64,000 nucleotides of DNA from Dehalococcoidia bacterium (GTDB lineage: Bacteria > Chloroflexota > Dehalococcoidia > DSTF01 > RBG-16-68-14), in NCBI GenBank assembly GCA_040882355.1, contig JBBEBM010000057.1, positions 6,823 to 70,822 on the forward strand, given 5' to 3'. Both the position numbers and the translations under genes were made by a program. Below are positions 18,863 through 26,322 of the stretch, in pieces; within the stretch, counting starts at the first letter, position 1, and every line of letters begins with the position of its first letter. The notes beneath the pieces are model-generated. The model made no database searches. It saw nothing but the letters and a program-made list of their open reading frames with translations, and was not told where the DNA came from.

Positions 18863-19104
18863 TCGCCGGCCGCCGGTACCGTGCCCTTGACGGCCCGGTC
18901 TCGGACGGTTGAGTCCAGACGAAACGCCGCCTCCATCAGCGTACGCGCCAGCCAGGAGCGGACGGCGCTCCCGCGCCGCGCATGGTCCGTGAGCGACGCG
19001 CGCATCAACTCCGCTTCGCGCGCTCGCTCCTCGGTGATGGCCTGCGACATCGCCTCCAGCATGATCGGATGCGTCAGCATGGCTTGTGTGCTCGCTTCCT
19101 CCAT
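18859..19104 (-). CDS. Hypothetical small helical protein
   Basis: 81-aa ORF convergent with the queD-like gene. No recognisable motif. Confidence 0.35.
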   Translation of the reverse strand: MEEASTQAMLTHPIMLEAMSQAITEERAREAELMRASLTDHARRGSAVRSWLARTLMEAAFRLDSTVRDRAVKGTVPAAGD

Positions 19105-19189
19105 TCGCGTCTTTTGCCGCGGCTCTCGTCGCCGCTCACTAAGACGACGACAGGCCGGCGCGATAACCGACAGCTCAGTCGCGTCGCGG

Positions 19190-19741
19190 CTACGACCGCC
19201 TCTTTGGAGCGGCGAGATCCACGCCCTCGATGCGTAGCAGCGAACGCTTCATCTCCAGGCCACCGCCGTAGCCGCCTAGCGTGCCGTCGGAGGCGAGCAC
19301 GCGATGGCAGGGCAGGATGATCGGTACCGGGTTGCGCGCCATCACCGAGCCGACCGCTCGGGCCGCGCCGGGGTGGCCGACAACCGCGGCCAGCTCGCCG
19401 TAGCTGAGGGTCGTGCCGGGCCCGGCCAGCGCTCGCAGCGTGGTGAGCACACGGCGATGGAAGTCGCTCTGCACGCCCGACAGGTCTACCTGCAGACCGT
19501 CGAGCGCGTGGGCGTCGCCCGCGAAGTAGCGGTCAAACGCGCGGGCGATCGCGCGCTGCGCGGGAGGCGTCGCGGACGCGGGAGCGTCGCGGCCCGCTGC
19601 CTTCATCGATCCGTTGAGGAGGACGGACGTCACTCCCGTTGGCCCTGCCGAGATGATGAGCGTCCCGACTGGTGTCTTCTGCTTCCAGGTGTGGGTGGCG
19701 GCTGCGTTGTTGTTCTTCATAACACCAGGAGTATGCGCCAC
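19190..19741 (-). CDS. ogt: Methylated-DNA-protein-cysteine methyltransferase
   Basis: Active-site motif IILPCHRVLASDGTLGGYGGGLEMKRSLL. The true start may be the internal Met (MKNNN). Confidence 0.9.
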   Translation of the reverse strand: MAHTPGVMKNNNAAATHTWKQKTPVGTLIISAGPTGVTSVLLNGSMKAAGRDAPASATPPAQRAIARAFDRYFAGDAHALDGLQVDLSGVQSDFHRRVLTTLRALAGPGTTLSYGELAAVVGHPGAARAVGSVMARNPVPIILPCHRVLASDGTLGGYGGGLEMKRSLLRIEGVDLAAPKRRS

Positions 19742-19755
19742 CAGCGGCGTGCCTG

Positions 19756-19800
19756 CTAGTCAGATCCGGACACTGGGGTAGCTTGTCCGGATCTGACTAG
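19756..19800. promoter_or_regulatory. Perfect 17-bp inverted repeat (11-nt spacer) in the ogt / ada-alkA divergent intergenic region
   Basis: CTAGTCAGATCCGGACA-n11-TGTCCGGATCTGACTAG. Sits between two start codons, so it is not a terminator position. Confidence 0.5.
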
Positions 19801-19832
19801 TCAGCCTCGCGGGCGGGAGCTACCATTGGGCC

Positions 19833-21284
19833 ATGACGACATCGGCCGTGCTCACCACCGGCATCTATTGTCGCGCCGGCTGTCCGGCAACTCCCAACGA
19901 GCGGAACGTCGTCCGCTACCGCTCGCCGGTCGCGGCGGAGGCGGCCGGGTTCCGGCCATGCCTTCGCTGCCGCCCTGACCGCCTGCCGCCCGCGTTCACC
20001 GCCAACGGCGCGCCGGAGCCCGTACATCGGGCGCTGATGCTAATCGGTGAGGGCGCCCTGGACGAGACCGGCGAGGACGAGCTTGGCGGACGGGTCGGGC
20101 TAAGCGGGCGGCAGCTCCGGCGCGTGTTCCTCGATCACGTCGGCGCGACGCCGGCCTTCGTCGCCCGCTCGCGACGCGCGCACTTCGCGCGGAGGCTGCT
20201 GGACGAGACCGACCTGACGGTGACGGAGATCGCGTTCGCCGCCGGGTTCAACAGCGTCCGGCAGATGAACCGCGTCGTGCTCGATACGTTCCACTTCTCG
20301 CCGACCGAGCTGCGCGCCAAGCGTCGCCAACGAGACCGTCTCGTGGCCGACGGTGGGCTGCCGCTGCGCGCGCCCTACGCGGGCGCGCTCTCGTTCGACG
20401 AGATGCTCGCGTTTCTCGGCGCACGAGCCGTGCCCGGCGTCGAGGCCGTCGGCGGCGAGACGTACCGCCGCACGATCACCGCCTGCGGGCATCCGGGCGT
20501 GATCGAGGTCTCCGACCTGGGCGACGGCCGTCACCTGCAGGTCATCGCCCACCTGCCGACGTTCAACGCGCTGATCGATGACGTCACGAGGGTGCGGCGC
20601 ATCTTCGGGCTGGACCATCCGCCCGCCGACAAGATCCCGGCGCTCGCGGAGGACCCGTGGCTGAAGCCACTGATCGCTGCGCGGCCGGGGCTCCGGCTCG
20701 TCGGCTCGTGGGACCGCTTCGAGACAGCGATTCGGATTGTCGTCAGCCAGCAGATCTCGCTGCGCGGGGCGCGCACGATCCTGGGGCGGCTGGTGCGCGA
20801 GTTCGGCTCGCCGGTGCCCGGCGTGGAAGCGCTCGGCCTGACGCACGTCTTCCCTTCGGCCGAACGCCTCGCCGCAGCGAGCGAAGGCGAGATCGCCGCG
20901 CTGGGCATGCCGGGCGCGCGCGCAACGACGATCCGCAGTCTGGCGCGAGCTTACGCTGCGGAAGAGATCTCGCTGGAGCCGCGCCGCGACCTCAATCGAA
21001 TCGTCGAACAGCTCGAAGCGCTGCCTGGCATCGGTTCGTGGACGGCGCAGTGCATCGCTATGCGCGCCGCCGGCCACCTCGACGCGTTTCCGGCGGGCGA
21101 CCTGGGCCTGCGCCGGGTAGCGAGCAACCTAGCCGGGCACAGCGTAACCGCGGCGGAGCTAGCGGAACGGGCCGAGGCCTGGCGACCCTATCGCGCGCTG
21201 GCGGCGATGCACCTGTGGGCGCGCCACCCCACGACCGCCCCTTGGGTCAAGGGTCGAGGGTCAGGGGTCAAGGAAACTCAGTAG
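19833..21284 (+). CDS. alkA: Ada-type Zn-finger / AraC HTH / AlkA DNA-3-methyladenine glycosylase II fusion
   Basis: N-terminal YCRAGCPA...AGFRPCLRCRPD (Ada metal-binding domain). AraC HTH (IAFAAGFNSVRQMNR). C-terminal HhH-GPD glycosylase (LEALPGIGSWTAQCIAMR). Confidence 0.9.
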   Translation: MTTSAVLTTGIYCRAGCPATPNERNVVRYRSPVAAEAAGFRPCLRCRPDRLPPAFTANGAPEPVHRALMLIGEGALDETGEDELGGRVGLSGRQLRRVFLDHVGATPAFVARSRRAHFARRLLDETDLTVTEIAFAAGFNSVRQMNRVVLDTFHFSPTELRAKRRQRDRLVADGGLPLRAPYAGALSFDEMLAFLGARAVPGVEAVGGETYRRTITACGHPGVIEVSDLGDGRHLQVIAHLPTFNALIDDVTRVRRIFGLDHPPADKIPALAEDPWLKPLIAARPGLRLVGSWDRFETAIRIVVSQQISLRGARTILGRLVREFGSPVPGVEALGLTHVFPSAERLAAASEGEIAALGMPGARATTIRSLARAYAAEEISLEPRRDLNRIVEQLEALPGIGSWTAQCIAMRAAGHLDAFPAGDLGLRRVASNLAGHSVTAAELAERAEAWRPYRALAAMHLWARHPTTAPWVKGRGSGVKETQ

Positions 21285-21380
21285 CGTCGTTCGGTCGAAG
21301 CCGCGCCTCGCCTGCGGCGGGCAAACGCTTATGTCATTACGTTTTGCAGAATCGCCTTTTTCGTCAAAACACGGGGGTTT

Positions 21381-21433
21381 CCTTTCCCAGGGCGAATCTG
21401 GGAACGTGGCGCGAAGGCGCGCCTTCCCACGTC
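21381..21433 (+). repeat. Degenerate relative of the GC-rich dispersed element
   Basis: CCTTTCCCAGGGCGAATCTGGGAAC followed by the palindrome GAAGGCGCGCCTTC. Same 5' architecture as the copies at 21569, 22027 and 31762. Confidence 0.4.
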
Positions 21434-21568
21434 GGGTTGTCGAGGACGATGGTAAGGCTGCGCGACGAGAGCGCCAAGGGACGGGTGGCGGTCAGCGGAT
21501 GCGAAGCGGATAAGCGGATGGCGCGGCGGTGGTTGAGACCCAGCTGGGTTGCAAAGAACGGAGGTCAT

Positions 21569-21655
21569 CTTTCCCACCCACCCGCCCAGAGAGGAAATTT
21601 GAATCTGGGGGACACCCCCAGACCCCCGGCAGGGGCGCTGCGCCCCCTGCACCCC
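21569..21655 (+). repeat. Dispersed GC-rich ~90-nt element, copy A
   Basis: CTTTCCCACCCACCCGCCCAG-n-GAATCTGGGGGACACCCCCAGACCCCCGGCAGGGGCGCTGCGCCCCCTGCACCCC. Contains two tandem GC hairpins. Confidence 0.85.
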
Positions 21656-21702
21656 GGCTCTTTCAGGGCGCTCATGGTAGTCGCTACCTGCCTATGGTGC
21701 TA

Positions 21703-21966
21703 CTAGTCAAGCCGCGCCACGCTGCGCTCCAGCACTTCGGCGTTCTGCTCCTCGCGGCCGGCGGCGGCCAGCAGCTCCGCTTTCGCCGACGCGTCCGGCT
21801 CGTTTGCGGCCATCGAGCGGTAGACGGCGGCGCCAGCGCGTTCGAGGGCGGCGAGCAGCGCCTTCTGCTCCGCCGGCGACTTGCCTTCGAAGAGCCTGGC
21901 CATCGATTCGACGGCGGATGCGATGTCCTGGTCGGTTGTCATGACACGTTTCACCTCCAGCGCCAC
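21703..21966 (-). CDS. Hypothetical small helical protein
   Basis: 87-aa ORF with sensible composition. Bracketed by element copies A and B. Confidence 0.5.
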   Translation of the reverse strand: MALEVKRVMTTDQDIASAVESMARLFEGKSPAEQKALLAALERAGAAVYRSMAANEPDASAKAELLAAAGREEQNAEVLERSVARLD

Positions 21967-22026
21967 GAGTGTCGCACAGATCTCGCGCTGTGTGAACTAG
22001 CAGTGTGCTGAAGGCAGACGATTTTG

Positions 22027-22132
22027 CTTTCCCACCCACCCGCCCAGGAAAATCGAATCTGGGGGACACTCCTTCGGCATTGCTCAGGACAGGCCCCAGA
22101 CCCCCGCCAGGCGCCTCCGGCGCCCTGCACCC
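22027..22132 (+). repeat. Dispersed GC-rich element, copy B (with ~25-nt internal insertion)
   Basis: Same 5' half as copy A. The second hairpin is variant (CCAGGCGCCTCCGGCGCCCTG). Confidence 0.8.
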
Positions 22133-22202
22133 TTGCCTCCTGACGGCTCCGCGGCGACGCGGGCGCAAGGCTCTTGACGATCCTCCAGTTCTGTGGTAGT
22201 CT

Positions 22203-22223
22203 TTAGTGTACTAGGTACACTAA
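22203..22223. promoter_or_regulatory. Perfect 21-bp palindrome upstream of nadA (candidate NAD-regulon operator)
   Basis: TTAGTGTAC-TAG-GTACACTAA, 24 nt upstream of the nadA ATG. Contains a GT-N7-AC core. Confidence 0.5.
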
Positions 22224-22246
22224 TTCGCCTGGAAACGGAGCGCGCC

Positions 22247-23449
22247 ATGGGTATCGCCACCGCACCAAGCCCCCTCCCCGTCCTCCCCGGCATCGCCTGC
22301 GAGTCCGACAGCACCGTGACGGTGCCGCTGACCGAGGAGCGCTCGTTCGCCTACTGGCAGCAGGACATTCCCAGGGCCTACTGGGCGCTCGAACCGACGG
22401 AGATCATCGAGCGGATCGCGGTGGCGCGGGCGCGGCTCGGCCAGCGGCTGATCATCCTGGGCCACCACTATCAGCGCCAGGACATCATCGAGTTCGCCGA
22501 CTTCAAGGGCGACTCGCTCAAGCTCTCGCAGTGGGCGGCGGAGCACACCGAGGCGGAGTACATCGTCTTCTGCGGCGTCCACTTCATGGCTGAGGCCGCC
22601 GACATCTTGAGCGCGCCCCACCAGAAGGTCGTCCTGCCGAACATGGCGGCCGGCTGCTCGATGGCTGACATGGCCGACCCGGACGATGTCCTCGCTGCGT
22701 GGGAGGAGCTGGAGGAGGCGGGCATCGCGCAGGAGACCGTGCCGATCACCTACATGAACTCCGCTGCGGCGCTGAAGGCGTTCGTCGGCGAGCACGGCGG
22801 CGCTGTCTGCACGTCGAGCAACGCCGCGAAGGTGCTGGAGTGGGCGTTCGCGCAGAAGCGGCGGGCGCTCTTCTTCCCGGACCAGCACCTGGGCCGCAAC
22901 ACCGGCGTGAAGATGGGCGTCCCGCTCGACGAGATGCCGCTCTGGGACTACACCCGGCCCTATGGCTCGCTCGGCGGCATGAGCGACGAAGGCCTCCAGC
23001 GGGCGCGCGTGTTGCTGTGGAAGGGGCACTGCTCCGTCCACCAGCGCTTCACCGTCGACCAGATCAACGGCGTCCGCGAGCGCTACCCCGGCGCGAAGGT
23101 CGTCGTGCATCCGGAGTGCCGGCTCGAAGTGGTACAGGCCGCCGACTGCGACGGCTCGACGGAGTTCATCGCGCGCACGATCACCGACTCGCCGCCGGGC
23201 AGCGTGTGGGGCGTCGGCACCGAGATCAACCTCGTGAGCCGCCTCGCGAAGGAGAACCCGGAGAAGACGGTGTTCTGCCTGGACCCGGTCGTCTGCCCGT
23301 GCTCGACGATGTACCGCGTCCACCCGGCCTACCTCTGCTGGACGCTCGAGTCGCTCGCAGAGGGTCACGTCGTCAACCAGATCGTCGTGCCGGACGACCA
23401 CAAGCGCTGGGCGAAGGTGGCGCTCGACCGCATGCTGGAGATCGTCTGA
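22247..23449 (+). CDS. nadA: Quinolinate synthase
   Basis: The ATG at 22247 follows a GGAG SD. Motifs ILGHHYQRQDIIEFADFKGDSL, VFCGVHFMAEAADIL and the Cys ligand pattern. Confidence 0.93.
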   Translation: MGIATAPSPLPVLPGIACESDSTVTVPLTEERSFAYWQQDIPRAYWALEPTEIIERIAVARARLGQRLIILGHHYQRQDIIEFADFKGDSLKLSQWAAEHTEAEYIVFCGVHFMAEAADILSAPHQKVVLPNMAAGCSMADMADPDDVLAAWEELEEAGIAQETVPITYMNSAAALKAFVGEHGGAVCTSSNAAKVLEWAFAQKRRALFFPDQHLGRNTGVKMGVPLDEMPLWDYTRPYGSLGGMSDEGLQRARVLLWKGHCSVHQRFTVDQINGVRERYPGAKVVVHPECRLEVVQAADCDGSTEFIARTITDSPPGSVWGVGTEINLVSRLAKENPEKTVFCLDPVVCPCSTMYRVHPAYLCWTLESLAEGHVVNQIVVPDDHKRWAKVALDRMLEIV

Positions 23450-23494
23450 GGGCCGTCCCCACACCAGGGTCGCGGCCCGGCCACACCACGCCGA

Positions 23495-23514
23495 GGGCGG
23501 CTCGCGAGCCGCCC
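23495..23514. terminator. Perfect 20-bp GC palindrome downstream of nadA
   Basis: GGGCGGCTCGCGAGCCGCCC followed by CTACAT. No U-tract. A near-identical copy at 30365-30384 abuts the nth stop codon. Confidence 0.4.
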
Positions 23515-23623
23515 CTACATGCTCGCTAGAGAGGAGCGCGCCATTATCATCGTGAGTGGCAAGAGCCTCGAACGGCTCGACAGACACTAGATATAGGCGC
23601 TCCTTGCGCCGTACTTCGGGCGC

Positions 23624-24187
23624 GTGTCGCTGGACATCGGAACCGGCGACGGACGCGCCGTGTACGAGCGCGCCCAGCGCGAGGCGTCTCGATTCTTCAT
23701 CGGGCTGGACCCGGCGCCGGGCATCGAGTACTCGCGGCGGGCGGGTCGCAAGCCGGCGAAGGGCGGCGTGGCGAACGCGCTGTTTGCAGTCGGGTCGGTG
23801 GAGTCGCCGCCCGCTGAGTTGGCAGGCGTCGCGGGTGAGCTAACGGTCCTCTTTCCCTGGGGTACGCTGCTGCGCGCGTTCGCGCTGCCCGATGTCGATG
23901 CGCTCCGCAACGTGCGGCGCTTGTGCCGCGACGGCGCGTCGCTGGAGGTGGTGCTGTCGTACGCGGAGCGCGACCGCGGTGAGCTGGCGCGGCTCGGGCT
24001 GCCGGGGCTGTCTCAGGCGCACCTCGAGGGCGCCCTGACGCGGGGCTATCGAGACGCCGGCTTCCGCGTGGCCAGCGTCGAGACGCTCACGCGCGACGAG
24101 CTGCGCGCGCTGCCGTCGACGTGGGCGAAGCGGCTGGCGTTCGGCCGGCCGCGTGAGGCGTGGCGGGTGCGGGCCGTCGCCGGGTAG
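23624..24187 (+). CDS. NpmA/KamB-family 16S rRNA (adenine1408-N1)-methyltransferase homologue (N-terminally short)
   Basis: Matches the family along its whole length: DIGTGDGR, FFIGLDP, KPAKGGVANALF, ELAGVAGELTVLFPWGTLL, GLPGLS, FRVASVE, STWAKRLAFGRPRE.WRV. Both A1408-stacking Trp positions are present. GTG start with an in-frame stop 30 nt upstream. Confidence 0.72.
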   Translation: MSLDIGTGDGRAVYERAQREASRFFIGLDPAPGIEYSRRAGRKPAKGGVANALFAVGSVESPPAELAGVAGELTVLFPWGTLLRAFALPDVDALRNVRRLCRDGASLEVVLSYAERDRGELARLGLPGLSQAHLEGALTRGYRDAGFRVASVETLTRDELRALPSTWAKRLAFGRPREAWRVRAVAG

Positions 24188-24244
24188 GCGGAGGCGAAAG
24201 CCGAGGACAGCTCCGCCGGCTGGCTGTTGCGCGAAGGAGGCTGA

Positions 24245-24435
24245 GGGCCATAATGCGGGAGGTGGCTGGACCGAGGCCACCGTTAGACGGCCGTAGTACA
24301 CGGCTGGGGCGGTCTGTTAGCGATCAGCGCGGCGTCGACATCTCGACCAAGCGGAAGGCGGCTCCCGCCGCACATCGCGGGGGTCATCGCTCTCGTTCTC
24401 CTCGCCTTCCTGTTGCGGGTGGCCTGGGTGGCCGC
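24245..24435 (+). repeat. 191-bp block shared by GT-C paralogues 1 and 2 (copy 1)
   Basis: Identical to 26438-26628 except one base (24282 g versus c). Spans the SD-ATG at 24253, the G5 run at 24379-24383 and the first TM helix of the enzyme. Confidence 0.95.
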
Positions 24436-26050
24436 GGTCGACCTAGACCCGTTCTCTCCAGAGCCGCACAACGTCACCTTCTACGACGGCGCCTTCTACT
24501 ACAACGCAGGGCGCGGGCTCGCTGACGGCGCGGGTTATACGGGCCTGAACGGCGAGGCCACAAACCTGTTCCCGCCGGGCTATCCGCTGGTCCTTGCCGG
24601 CTCATTCCTGCTGTTTGGCGACGGTCTGATGGTTGGCAAGCTTGTAAACGCATTCTTGGGCGCGGTGACGGTCGTGCTCGTCTACGCACTGGCGACGAAG
24701 GTGGTAGATCGCCGCGTCGGCCTGGTGGCGGCCGCCATCATGGCGGTCTACCCCGCGCAGATCCTCTCCTCCGCTCTGCTGATGACCGAAGTCCTCTTCA
24801 CCGGCCTCGCCGCGCTTCTCTTGCTCCTCCTGGTTGCCTGGACGGCTGAGCGACGGGCATCGACCTGGCAACTGCTGACCCTGGGCCTGTTGGTCGGCTT
24901 CATGACCCTGGTGCGCACAGAGGCCCTGCTGCTCATCCCGGCGCTTCTGGTGCTTTGGAAGCTCCTCACGCCTTCTTGGCAAGAGACCGGGCGATACGCC
25001 GCGCTCCTCCTGATCGCGGCGCTCCCGCTGCTGCTCGCGTGGTCGATGCGCAACTATGTCGAGCTGGGCGACCTAGAGCTGCGTTCTGGTGGAGGGACCG
25101 CCCTACGTATGGGCATCAGCCCGAACTTCGATGCGCACCTGACGGCGTGGTACTTTGGCGTGGCGCCGCCACCCATCGCCGATACGCTCCGCCACTTCGC
25201 GACCCATCCCTGGGATGTGGGCGTTCTCGCGCTCCGGAAGCTGGCCTTCCTGTTTCGAGACGACGCGGACGTTGTCAAGGAGACTCAGAAGTACGTGCCT
25301 CAGCCGCTCTCGGACGGAGCGGGGGCTCGTTGGTCGGCCCTGACCAACTGGTACTACTACGCCGTTGGCGTGTTAGCGATGATTGGCATCGCGGCGTGGC
25401 TCCGAACTCTGGACAGGCGGCGCCTGGTCGTGCTCTGGTTCGTCGCGAGCTGGAGTCTTATCTACCTGCTCTTCGTGCCCCAAGGGCGGTACCACCTTCC
25501 CGTCGTCCCGGTCCTTGCCACCACGGCCGCCTTCGCGGCAGTCAGTGCGTGGCAGTTCGCGCAGGACGGAGGCGTTGCGCGCGCCGTGGCCTCGCTCCGC
25601 CACGAGCTCCTGCCGCCACAACCAGCGCTCGCGCCGGTGCTTGCGTTCGCCGTCCTGGTCGTCGCCATAGCGACGACGATCGCTCAAGGGCGCCCCGACG
25701 CCATCGCCCCTTACCGAGACATCGCGCGCCGAAACGATCTCTTGAAGCTCGCCGGATCGGTCAGCGACTTCTCGCAAAGATTCGGCGGCTTCCCCTCCAC
25801 CGGCGGGCTTGACCAGAGCGAGCCGCTCTGTGTGTCTGACAGCGATCTTGGTTGCGTCTTGCGGGCCGTCATGCGAGATGAAGACCTCCCTGTCGATCCA
25901 TTTGGTGACCCCGAGAAGAACGGCTACTGGTTCGCCTCTGACGGCCAAACGGTTGTCCTCTACGCGCTCCGGGAAACCGGCGCGTATCCCTCCTGTCCGA
26001 GTCCGCCGCTACTCGGCAAGAAGGACCTCCAGTGTCTTCGCCTACCTTAG
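24413..26050 (+). CDS. GT-C fold membrane glycosyltransferase (GT39/PMT_2, ArnT-like) with C-terminal TM + pseudopilin (GspG)-like domain, paralogue 1
   Basis: Multi-TM ORF with FYDGAFYYNAGRGLADGAGY loop 1 and PPGYPLVLAG...VLVYALA. The C-terminus shows LAGSVSDFSQRFGGFPSTGG...LPVDPFGDPEKNGYWFASDGQTVVLYA. The ORF-track start is a TTG, and TM1 continues in frame upstream without a canonical start. Confidence 0.75.
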   Translation: MRVAWVAAVDLDPFSPEPHNVTFYDGAFYYNAGRGLADGAGYTGLNGEATNLFPPGYPLVLAGSFLLFGDGLMVGKLVNAFLGAVTVVLVYALATKVVDRRVGLVAAAIMAVYPAQILSSALLMTEVLFTGLAALLLLLLVAWTAERRASTWQLLTLGLLVGFMTLVRTEALLLIPALLVLWKLLTPSWQETGRYAALLLIAALPLLLAWSMRNYVELGDLELRSGGGTALRMGISPNFDAHLTAWYFGVAPPPIADTLRHFATHPWDVGVLALRKLAFLFRDDADVVKETQKYVPQPLSDGAGARWSALTNWYYYAVGVLAMIGIAAWLRTLDRRRLVVLWFVASWSLIYLLFVPQGRYHLPVVPVLATTAAFAAVSAWQFAQDGGVARAVASLRHELLPPQPALAPVLAFAVLVVAIATTIAQGRPDAIAPYRDIARRNDLLKLAGSVSDFSQRFGGFPSTGGLDQSEPLCVSDSDLGCVLRAVMRDEDLPVDPFGDPEKNGYWFASDGQTVVLYALRETGAYPSCPSPPLLGKKDLQCLRLP

Positions 26051-26079
26051 TAGCCCGCTGCGACTGAGACAGCGCGCAC

Positions 26080-26322
26080 CTAATCAGGGGACTTGGCCAG
26101 CCCCGGCTGGAACACCGCGGCCGAAGGGCACTCCTTGCGCAACGGGCACACGTCGCACTTGGGGCGCTGGGCGTGGCAGGTGCGACGGCCGTGCTTGATG
26201 AGCTGGATGTGGAACGGGTAGACGAGGTCGGGCGGGACGAGGGCTTCGAGCCAGACATGCGCCTGCTCCGCCGTCGACTTGTCGGGCACGAGGCCGAGGC
26301 GCCGGGCGACGCGATGGACGTG
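26080..26322 (-). pseudogene. 3'-terminal fragment of endonuclease III (nth) left at a duplication junction
   Basis: Encodes HVHRVARRLGLVPDKSTAEQAH..HIQLIKHGRRTCHAQRPKCDVCPLR, near-identical to the C-terminus of the full nth at 30385..31086. It lacks the N-terminal two thirds. Confidence 0.8.

Noticed and set aside
24160-24525. Arg-rich ORFs 24160..24525 and 26425..26709 as independent genes
   Set aside because: Downstream of the G5 run they overlap the GT-C frame and read as junk (GGHRSRSPRLPVAGG...). Only their first ~43 codons after ATG 24253/26446 are plausibly coding, as the N-terminus of the glycosyltransferase.
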